This document shows positions 1 to 6,455 of a DNA stretch of 13,664 nt, piece after piece (the stretch's first letter is position 1; every line of letters begins with the position of its first letter). Made by a program: the position numbers and the translations under genes. Origin of the DNA: a virus; the UHGV virus genome UHGV-0143428. One strand, 5' to 3'. The notes under the pieces were generated by a model. That model searched no databases and was not told the DNA's origin. It saw only the letters and a list, made by a program, of their open reading frames with translations.

Positions 1-48
1 CGAGATAGGCTCCGGTCTCGTGGGCTCGGAGATGTGTATAAGAGACAG
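1..48. other. Illumina Nextera P7-side adapter (non-biological contig-end contamination)
   Basis: Bases 1-6 CGAGAT (end of P7), 7-14 AGGCTCCG (8-nt i7 index position; as recalled the reverse complement of Nextera index N720 CGGAGCCT), 15-29 GTCTCGTGGGCTCGG, 30-48 AGATGTGTATAAGAGACAG (Tn5 mosaic end). Genomic sequence begins at base 49. Confidence 0.9.
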
Positions 49-50
49 GG

Positions 51-80
51 CTAGGGAAGGCTAACCTTCCCTAGTTTTTT
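51..80. terminator. Perfect 10-bp inverted repeat (CTAGGGAAGG-ctaa-CCTTCCCTAG) plus T6, immediately downstream of the 355-aa gene stop; terminator-like hairpin
   Basis: Stem 51-60 / 65-74, loop 61-64, T-run 75-80 on the + strand. On the minus strand the U-run side would lie in the adapter-truncated region, so its function for the minus-strand operon cannot be confirmed. Confidence 0.4.
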
Positions 81-81
81 A

Positions 82-1149
82 TTAGATAAGATCTTCCTCA
101 TCATGATCAAAGCCATACTGTAGAGCTTCAGATAGCTCAATTTGCTTATTTAAGTGTAGATTCACTCGAACAGCAATCCATTTAGCTGGACTTCCCATAC
201 CTGCTATATCCCCTATAGCAGCATTTCTTATCATTGCAGCTCCCCAAGAGTCCTCCCTTTGATAATGTGGATACTCTGCCAAAATTGATTTCGCAGCTTC
301 AATGAACCCTTCTTTATTCATCCCAGGGCGGCGCTCGAAATACCATGAATCATTTAACGCTATATCAATTCTAGGAACATATCGCCCAATTATGTTGTCA
401 TACACTACTGAATGAATTGAACCATGATCGCCATAAATAGCGACATCACTTCCACCAATATTTTGATGCAATTCTCTCTCAATAACATCAATATATCCGG
501 ACTGTCCATTTTCACGGCAAAAATTTGTAACTGAACTAGGGAAGCTTGTTGCTAGCACACTAATTATGGCTTCAGGAATCTCAGTTCTAATCTGATTAAT
601 CGAATTTATTGCTGCAGCTGTTATAGCAGATACATTCCCTCTAATGTAGCCCAAATCTATGAAAACTATGGCATTTTCTGGAGAGTTCATCGATACTAGT
701 GACGTCAGGGTTTTATTAATGTCTGTATTTAGATTTCTAATTCTAAATGCAATTGAACCTTTAAGTTCCTCTAAAACCCTGGCTTGGATAGATATATCTC
801 TAAGTTTTGCTGAATCCGGCATCTGGACTACTGGAATAATATTATCATTTCTGGAACAAAACTCTATCCAGTTTTTAAAACCATTCTCAGGAGAGAGTAG
901 TTCGAAGCTTGACGCGCAATGATGAGAATTATCCTTTGTGACATCCAAAATAAATGGGAGATTACTCATCACTTCTAAACTTTTATCTAACGATACCTGT
1001 ATTTCTTCCGAGCGAGGCCATTTCCCCAAAGAAATTAAAGGTAATATTTTTTTCTTATTCTCATATGATAAATTATTCAGTCCGGTCATTTCTGCTGATC
1101 GTGTTCTTAGGGCTGGATAGTATGAGTAATTTTCAAAATATACTTTCAT
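82..1149 (-). CDS. Hypothetical 355-aa soluble protein, distal gene of the hotspot cassette; candidate P4 beta-type protein (unverified)
   Basis: Uninterrupted 355-codon ORF with a GGAGG RBS about 11 nt upstream of the ATG. The start lies 2 nt after the stop of the upstream 133-aa gene (TAA-AT-ATG), indicating translational coupling. About 37% GC versus about 55-60% in psu/alpha. No Walker A or other motif I can recognise by eye. It sits where P4 carries gop-beta-cII, between cos and int. Confidence 0.7.
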   Translation of the reverse strand: MKVYFENYSYYPALRTRSAEMTGLNNLSYENKKKILPLISLGKWPRSEEIQVSLDKSLEVMSNLPFILDVTKDNSHHCASSFELLSPENGFKNWIEFCSRNDNIIPVVQMPDSAKLRDISIQARVLEELKGSIAFRIRNLNTDINKTLTSLVSMNSPENAIVFIDLGYIRGNVSAITAAAINSINQIRTEIPEAIISVLATSFPSSVTNFCRENGQSGYIDVIERELHQNIGGSDVAIYGDHGSIHSVVYDNIIGRYVPRIDIALNDSWYFERRPGMNKEGFIEAAKSILAEYPHYQREDSWGAAMIRNAAIGDIAGMGSPAKWIAVRVNLHLNKQIELSEALQYGFDHDEEDLI

Positions 1150-1151
1150 AT

Positions 1152-1553
1152 TTAATTAGCCTCCGAATCGATATTTTCTGGTCGGCTTGCTGTTCTTGGC
1201 ATAGCGTTAATTTGGGGGTTCTGAGTAGCAAGATAAGCAGCTATACTTTCCATCTTCTCTTTCTGTTCTGAAGTTCTTGCAAGTTCTTTAATCAATTCTT
1301 TGTTTTCAGCCATCAAGTTTTGATTGGATTCATTATGACTCTTGATTACCTCCATATTACTTTTTATAACATTCGTGTGGTTGTTGCTAATTGCTTTAAT
1401 CGTTCTGTGTGTAAACCATCCAATAAGTAAAGCAGCTAACCATCCAGAACAAACGAGCAACCATTGTGAAATATCTTGGTTGCGGATGAAGCTAGTAGCA
1501 ATAGTGATTATGGTCCCAACAACGCCAATTAATCCATATACATGATTCAGCAT
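1152..1553 (-). CDS. 133-aa small membrane protein (two N-terminal TM helices plus charged coiled-coil tail); candidate toxin/effector of the hotspot cassette, possibly gop-type (unverified)
   Basis: Hydrophobic segments at about residues 6-23 (YGLIGVVGTIITIATSFI) and 31-47 (WLLVCSGWLAALLIGWF), followed by a K/E/N-rich helical tail. It is the first gene after cos, transcribed away from cos, and is AT-rich like its partner. Confidence 0.6.
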   Translation of the reverse strand: MLNHVYGLIGVVGTIITIATSFIRNQDISQWLLVCSGWLAALLIGWFTHRTIKAISNNHTNVIKSNMEVIKSHNESNQNLMAENKELIKELARTSEQKEKMESIAAYLATQNPQINAMPRTASRPENIDSEAN

Positions 1554-1780
1554 CCTTTAACTCTCTCATGCCACGAATTCTTAAGGATCTTGCGACACTG
1601 ACAAGAACCACCTTACATCAATCTATTTTTTGCATATTTTTCAGGATAGTGCCATCAAAAAAGACAGTTTTGGACCATAGGCCATAGATTTTCTTCATTA
1701 TGCTCCAATGTATTAACGAGGTATGTACTGAAGGCACTTTGACTACACAAATAATTAACTAACTTGTCGGTTTGCGCGCG

Positions 1781-1799
1781 GTGCTTTCCCCGCCTCGCC
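1781..1799. other. cos site: P2/P4-type 19-nt cohesive end sequence
   Basis: GTGCTTTCCCCGCCTCGCC at 1781-1799 is the reverse complement of GGCGAGGCGGGGAAAGCAC, the cohesive end of P2/186/P4 as I recall it. It is located just beyond the psu stop, as in P4. Confidence 0.8.
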
Positions 1800-1900
1800 C
1801 GCCCGCTTTGCGGGGCGGTTTTAATGCAGTTGCACTGACACGCTCAGACCGCGCCGGGAATGGCGCGGTTTGCAGAAAATGAGGCAGGAAAACGCATGCA

Positions 1901-1934
1901 AAGCCATGCACCTTATCGATGCATGGCTTTTTTC
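1901..1934. terminator. Intrinsic-terminator-like hairpin between psu stop and cos
   Basis: AAGCCATGCA (1901-1910), 9-nt loop, TGCATGGCTT (1920-1929), then a T-run on the + strand. It lies about 30 bp downstream of the psu stop codon (1965) on the opposite strand, so it is possibly bidirectional. Confidence 0.45.
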
Positions 1935-1964
1935 AGTAAAAACAGGCGGATTTTTCGGGGAGTT

Positions 1965-2537
1965 TTACACAGACTGACGTGATGCCAGTTCTGCACTTTT
2001 ACGCGAAAAAATCATGTTCTGCGCAGGGGTGAATTTTTCACGGCTGTCATCCACCGAAGCCGCGTCAGGCCTGAATCCGATGGTCGTTAAAATGTCGCTA
2101 TCCTGTGCGGAATAATTAATTTTTTCCCCCTTCGCAAGCCAGGACAGAAGGGCTTCACGCAGGGCATCTGTGGCACGCTGTATGGCACAGTTTCGGGCAA
2201 TGGCCGTCAGCTCACTGTAGCCCATCAGCTCCGGTGCCAGTGCGGCCGCCAGTGCTGTGCCGTGCTGCTGCATAAAATCATTCAGCCGCTCGCGGATGCT
2301 GATGTGCTGAACGGCTTCATGCGAACGAATATAACGACCGGCGGCCTGATTCACCTGCCATTTTCTGACTTCGATAATATTGCGTAATTCGTCCAGGCGA
2401 CTGACGTTTCTGCCTTCTCCTGACAGAAGCCGCAGATATTCCTGTTCGGCCGCTGCCAGCTCATTTTTGCGTTGCAGCCATGCTGCTTTGTTATTCTGAC
2501 AGGTGTCAAAGGCCTGCTGTAAGGCTGTGCTTTCCAT
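1965..2537 (-). CDS. psu: Psu, polarity suppression / capsid decoration protein (P4-type)
   Basis: 190-aa ORF starting MESTALQQAFDTCQNNK. Length and N-terminus match my recollection of P4 Psu. It is the last gene of the sid-delta-psu operon, adjacent to cos. Confidence 0.85.
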   Translation of the reverse strand: MESTALQQAFDTCQNNKAAWLQRKNELAAAEQEYLRLLSGEGRNVSRLDELRNIIEVRKWQVNQAAGRYIRSHEAVQHISIRERLNDFMQQHGTALAAALAPELMGYSELTAIARNCAIQRATDALREALLSWLAKGEKINYSAQDSDILTTIGFRPDAASVDDSREKFTPAQNMIFSRKSAELASRQSV

Positions 2538-2610
2538 CGTTATCTCTTTCTCATCATGCTGAAGAATAAAAATACGGTGTGCGGCGACGGCCGGTGTTAA
2601 CCGGCAGCCC

Positions 2611-3111
2611 TCATTCCAGACGCAGCGAATATGATTGTGTTTTTAACCGTACTGGCGGCAGTTCCTGTTTTTCATGCAGGCGTTCTGCCAGTTCGTCCGG
2701 CGTGACCGGGCGGACAATGAAGCGGTTGATGGTCTGAAGCGTTTTAAACACCAGACCACAGCCCGGATCCGTGCACACATAAAAACGCTCGGTGACTTCC
2801 TGAGACAGACGCCGCGATGTTCTTGACAGTGCAAGGCCTTTACATCTCCGACAACAATATCCGGTAACAAGCATTCTTTTCGGGCGTTTCATACCGCAGG
2901 AGGCTGACGTCAGTGAATCGCGGTATCTCTGTTTGCCTGAAATGTATTCCATTCCTGAATCTTTACTGTCAGAGAAAAAGCTTTCACTCGCTTCAAATGT
3001 CGCAGAGCAATAAATATTCCGGCACTGTGCAATCATTATCTTGGTGCCATCGTCCATGAAATGTGCGCGACGGGTGTGAGCAACATGTCCACACGACGGA
3101 CAGTAAATCAT
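2611..3111 (-). CDS. delta: Delta, late-gene transcriptional activator (tandem Ogr-type zinc-finger protein)
   Basis: 166 aa. Two Ogr-like Cys4 units (CPSCGH...CRNIYC near the N-terminus, and CCRRCKG...CTDPGC in the second half). Its start overlaps the sid stop (ATGA). Length matches P4 Delta as recalled. Confidence 0.85.
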   Translation of the reverse strand: MIYCPSCGHVAHTRRAHFMDDGTKIMIAQCRNIYCSATFEASESFFSDSKDSGMEYISGKQRYRDSLTSASCGMKRPKRMLVTGYCCRRCKGLALSRTSRRLSQEVTERFYVCTDPGCGLVFKTLQTINRFIVRPVTPDELAERLHEKQELPPVRLKTQSYSLRLE

Positions 3112-3842
3112 GACAGCAGCCCTCTGGCCTTAAGCTCTGCTCCCTGCTGGTCTATTTTGTCCTGCCACACCTTGCGCTGTGCCGGTGTGCCTGCCACCTC
3201 ATAATCCATGTGCGGGAGTGTTGCCGCTGACAGTCCGGTCAGCCGGAGAACCGGCTCGCCGGTGAGGCTGATTTGCATCTGTTTAATTTTCTGTTCCAGC
3301 GATGATTTCACCTGCTGCATGACAGCCTTTTCCGGTGCGACGTAGCCCTGATGGCCGGTGGTGTTGGCGAGCGGATTTTCCTGTACCAGAATGCTCAGAT
3401 GCATTGCCCGGACAAGCGCCTCACAGGTTTCATTCAGGGCGTGTTCCAGCTCATGCTCTGCATACAGACTCAGAAGGTGATGATGTGCCTTCCGGTAGGC
3501 GGTGGCCGTGCTGTCACACGCCCCTTTCAGGCGTTCACGTTCGAAATTCAGCACCACGGCCAGATTGTCATATTCCTGTACCAGCTCCCGGCGTGCCACG
3601 CGCTCAATGTGGCGCTGTTTCAGCTCGTCGCTCAGGACACCACCGGCTGCACGAAAGGCCGTGCGCCAGTCGTCAGCGTCGTTTCCGTCGGCCTGCGCCA
3701 GCGCATTTTTTTCCTGCTCTGCCCGTTCAATGGCCGTGACGGTCTCATCCATCAGGCGGGCGTTCTCAAGATGGGCGGCTCTGGCCTTTTCCAGTTGTGC
3801 CAGTGCGGGTTGCAGATATTCAGGGATAGTGTGGTCAGACAT
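3108..3842 (-). CDS. sid: Sid, capsid size-determination (external scaffold) protein
   Basis: The ORF is open from 3860, but the GAGGAG RBS sits 8 nt upstream of the internal ATG at 3842 (MSDHTIPEYL...), giving 244 aa, the P4 Sid length as recalled. It is a helical, Q/E/A-rich protein and the first gene of the late operon. Confidence 0.85.
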   Translation of the reverse strand: MSDHTIPEYLQPALAQLEKARAAHLENARLMDETVTAIERAEQEKNALAQADGNDADDWRTAFRAAGGVLSDELKQRHIERVARRELVQEYDNLAVVLNFERERLKGACDSTATAYRKAHHHLLSLYAEHELEHALNETCEALVRAMHLSILVQENPLANTTGHQGYVAPEKAVMQQVKSSLEQKIKQMQISLTGEPVLRLTGLSAATLPHMDYEVAGTPAQRKVWQDKIDQQGAELKARGLLS

Positions 3843-3914
3843 TTTCCGGCTCCTCGTCACTTCAGGTTAAGAAAATTGTGACGTACACCGGACAACAACA
3901 CGACGCATTGCAGA

Positions 3915-3932
3915 TGTGCCAGCCCTGACACA
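3915..3932 (-). promoter_or_regulatory. Candidate Delta/Ogr binding dyad (TGT-N12-ACA) of the sid late promoter
   Basis: TGTGCCAGCCCTGACACA. Its centre is about 80 bp upstream of the sid ATG, which would place a transcription start about 25 nt upstream of the ATG if the dyad is centred at -55, as in P2/P4 late promoters. The motif is short and could occur by chance. Confidence 0.3.
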
Positions 3933-4011
3933 GGAGACTCATCCTCAGACCGGCAAGCCAGGAAAAGGTCGCAGGAAAAACCGGCTTACTGTTTGTTTTT
4001 TTATATTTTAC

Positions 4012-4116
4012 TGTTCACCTCTGTTCACCTTAATAAAAAAGATAAGTAATACAGTAAGTTAAAGGGTGAACAATCGCAGTAATGACTGTTCACCGTCTGT
4101 TCACCACTGTTCACCC
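4012..4116. repeat. Iteron cluster (TGTTCACC octamers), ori-like alpha-protein binding region
   Basis: Direct copies of TGTTCACC at 4012, 4022, 4087, 4098 and 4109, and one inverted copy (GGTGAACA) at 4065. Flanked by AT-rich tracts. P4 alpha binds iterons of this type in ori and crr (recalled). Confidence 0.75.
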
Positions 4117-4219
4117 GTTGATGGGCTTTTTGTGCTGTTTACTACTGTTTGTTTTTATTAATTCGCCGGGAATGAATAAGAAGAAACGATTTGTATTTCA
4201 CTATAAAAATTACAAATTG

Positions 4220-4249
4220 CTTTAAGTGGCTTTAAATGACTTTAAGTGG
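4220..4249 (+). promoter_or_regulatory. Helically phased triple CTTTAA repeat / duplicated TTTAAGTGG upstream of vis (candidate operator/promoter element)
   Basis: CTTTAA at 4220, 4230 and 4240 (exact 10-bp phasing). TTTAAGTGG at 4221-4229 and 4241-4249. It is located about 150 bp upstream of the vis start in an AT-rich region. Confidence 0.35.
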
Positions 4250-4394
4250 AGATGAACAAAAAACACACAGCCATTGTAAGGCAGCCTGAACAAATCCCCC
4301 CTGTTGCGTCTGCTGAAAATATTCACAAAATAAAGCGCTACCCGAAGCCGGACGGACTTATCCGGTGCTGTATGGACATTAACGAGGTAGCCCG

Positions 4395-4661
4395 ATGCAA
4401 GCTGTTTTTTCTTCCCCGTCTCCCGCCCCAGTGACGCCACTGATGCCGCTGCCGGACATCACGCAGGAGCGTTTTTTACGTCTGCCGGAAGTGATGCACC
4501 TGTGCGGCCTGTCACGCTCGACCATCTACGAACTCATCCGTAAGGGGGAATTTCCGCCGCAGGTGAGTCTTGGCGGTAAAAATGTGGCCTGGCTGCACTC
4601 TGAAGTCACCGCATGGATGGCCGGGCGCATTGCCGGACGCAAACGGGGGTACGACGCATGA
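4395..4661 (+). CDS. vis: Vis/AlpA-family excisionase-type transcriptional regulator
   Basis: 88-aa ORF with the AlpA-family signature ([32 protein letters not shown]). GAGGT RBS 8 nt upstream of the ATG at 4395. An internal start at MPLPD cannot be excluded. Confidence 0.75.
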   Translation: MQAVFSSPSPAPVTPLMPLPDITQERFLRLPEVMHLCGLSRSTIYELIRKGEFPPQVSLGGKNVAWLHSEVTAWMAGRIAGRKRGYDA

Positions 4662-5059
4662 TGATGCCCGCTCTGCAAAAACTCCCTTTTTCTGGCTTGC
4701 CTTTTTCCGGCATTTGCGGATATAGTTTTTCCGCTGCCGCAAAATCGGCAGCCGGGCGTGAGAACCCGAGCAATTCACAGGCGACATATGACGCGCCACG
4801 CGTCTTTTTTTGTGTCGCAATCAATGCCACAGAGCGCCAGATTATGGTGTGGTGTGTGGTCAGTCGTGCAGATGGCATTCCGTGCATCCTGCCCGCGTCC
4901 GCTCATTATGCCGCAGAGTCAATGGTAGCTCAGGCGGGGCAGCCTCCGGGCTGGCCGGTATCCGTTAGAGCCGGTATTCTCACCCCCGTCTGGGCTATCG
5001 CCATCGAGCGTGAGAACTCCGGCGATAGCGTTATTTGCTATTCACAGGAGGCTGCCATC

Positions 5060-5257
5060 ATGGCTACAACCCTTACCCCCTCACACCCTGAATTTGTCTT
5101 TGTGTTTGCGGCTGTCCGTCGCGCAGACCGTCATCCCCGTATCTGTATGCTTCGCACCGTCGCCGGTGATGAACGCAGTGCCCGCCGTTCCCTTGTCCGT
5201 GACTATGTGCTCTCCCTTGCTGCCCGTCTGCCGGTGGTGGAGGTGTCCCGTGCGTAA
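5060..5257 (+). CDS. Small hypothetical protein (65 aa) of the leftward operon, translationally coupled to the epsilon-like gene
   Basis: An internal ATG at 5060 within the long 4613-5257 reading frame is preceded by AGGAGG 7 nt upstream. The stop overlaps the GTG start of the next gene. The upstream part of the long ORF is more likely RNA/leader. Confidence 0.4.
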   Translation: MATTLTPSHPEFVFVFAAVRRADRHPRICMLRTVAGDERSARRSLVRDYVLSLAARLPVVEVSRA

Positions 5258-5537
5258 TAAAAAAGCCCCTCAGACCGTCTCAGCGCGTCATGACGCCCGT
5301 GAACACCTCAGCATTGAGGCTTACCATAAGCTCAACCGCGCCAGCGCCGTATCCCGGTTTGTTGGGGGTGATTTGATTCACCGTGAACTCTCCGGCCTGC
5401 ATCAGCTCTACATTCCGCATATTTTCAGCTACCTGAATGAAGATATTGATTTTGTGCTGAATGAGCTGAAAGCCAAAGGCCTGTGCCGCGATTTTCTCGC
5501 CCAGCAGAAAGACCGGGGAGACAGGACGCATGTTTGA
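5250..5537 (+). CDS. Epsilon-like protein (P2-derepression factor position), about 95 aa, GTG start
   Basis: GTG at 5250 preceded by GGAGGTG 5-6 nt upstream, in frame through the stop at 5535-5537, which overlaps the ATG of the orf151-like gene. Size and position relative to orf151/alpha match P4 epsilon as recalled; the sequence identity is not verified. Confidence 0.5.
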   Translation: MRNKKAPQTVSARHDAREHLSIEAYHKLNRASAVSRFVGGDLIHRELSGLHQLYIPHIFSYLNEDIDFVLNELKAKGLCRDFLAQQKDRGDRTHV

Positions 5538-5985
5538 TTTTCCCCAGCCCGGTGAGATTTACCGTTCTGCCGGTTTTCCCGATGTGGCCGTGGTCGGCAT
5601 TCTGGAAGACGGTATTCCGTGGGAAATGCCGTACCGCTGCCCGGACATTGTCTGGAACCCGTACCGCCGTAAATTCAGTATCCTTGTGCGTATCCTCGCT
5701 GACGGACGCACCACAGACATCCCGCTGGGGCGTTTTCTGCGGGAATTTACCTGTGACCGTCCTGACCTGTTTAAACGCAGCCCCGTAAACCGGCATTCGG
5801 TACTGAAAGAAATGGCCGGAGACCCGGAATTACAGAAATGGCGGGAAAAATATCTGGATATTTACCCGCAGGACACTGTTCCGGTCAGCCGGGCAGCACC
5901 GGTGGCGCGGGAATGGCGGGAAATTCCCCGCACGGAGCCTGACCCGGAAACCACCCCGGATAACAGTTACCGCAATTATCTGTAA
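5530..5985 (+). CDS. orf151-like protein (151 aa) of the alpha operon
   Basis: Exactly 151 codons. Its ATG overlaps the upstream gene's stop. It lies upstream of alpha, as does P4 orf151. Confidence 0.65.
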   Translation: MFDFPQPGEIYRSAGFPDVAVVGILEDGIPWEMPYRCPDIVWNPYRRKFSILVRILADGRTTDIPLGRFLREFTCDRPDLFKRSPVNRHSVLKEMAGDPELQKWREKYLDIYPQDTVPVSRAAPVAREWREIPRTEPDPETTPDNSYRNYL

Positions 5986-6120
5986 TTAAAAAACGACCCC
6001 CGAAAAATTAAATGTGCGTATTCGCGCAGGGATACGCACGTCTTCAGGAGACGCAGATATGCCTTATCAGTTAATGCAACCGGCACGGAATGCAGTCATC
6101 TGTCACAGGGAGAAAAGCAA

Positions 6121-6441
6121 ATGAAAACACCCTTACCGCCCGTCTTACGCGCTGCCCTTTACCGTCGCGCTGTCGCCTGTGCCTGGCTGACCGTGTGCGA
6201 ACGTCAGCACCGCTACCCGCATCTCACCCTTGAATCACTGGAGGCGGCCATCGCCGCTGAGCTGGAAGGCTTTTATCTGCGCCAGCACGGTGAGGAAAAA
6301 GGGCGCCAGATAGCCTGTGCCCTGCTGGAAGATTTAATGGAATCCGGCCCCCTGAAGGCCGCGCCGTCGCTGTCCTTTCTCGGGCTGGTTGTGATGGATG
6401 AACTCTGTGCCCGTCACATAAAAGCGCCGGTACTGCACTGA
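6121..6441 (+). CDS. Hypothetical 106-aa protein immediately upstream of alpha
   Basis: ORF with a GGGAGA RBS, ending 14 bp before the alpha start. Preceded by a 21-codon upstream ORF whose TGA overlaps its ATG. Confidence 0.55.
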
Positions 6442-6455
6442 AGGAGAACAACACC

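Noticed and set aside
659-1545. Plus-strand ORFs 659-922, 938-1120, 954-1271 and 1342-1545 inside the hotspot cassette
   Set aside because: Antisense to the two coupled minus-strand genes, which have RBSs and coherent protein features; the products are hydrophobic and low-complexity, as expected from an AT-rich antisense frame.
3335-3881. Plus-strand ORFs 3335-3739, 3351-3881 and 3502-3870 overlapping sid
   Set aside because: Antisense shadow ORFs of sid with low-complexity Arg/Ser/Pro-rich products and no RBS.
3877-3894. Second TGT-N12-ACA dyad closer to sid
   Set aside because: Its centre is only about 43 bp from the sid start codon, which would place a -55-centred promoter's start site inside the gene; the dyad at 3915-3932 is better positioned.
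4222-4440. 62-codon plus ORF 4246-4434 and 72-codon minus ORF 4222-4440 upstream of vis
   Set aside because: They mutually overlap and overlap the vis start. The plus ORF has GGAG directly abutting the ATG (no spacer) and lies in the phased-repeat promoter region, so it is more likely regulatory DNA than a gene.
4613-5537. 214-aa ORF (4613-5257) and 175-aa ORF (5010-5537) as single proteins
   Set aside because: They overlap each other and the vis 3' end. RBS-supported internal starts (ATG 5060, GTG 5250) give two small coupled genes, while the upstream part coincides with the repeat/hairpin-containing leader region.
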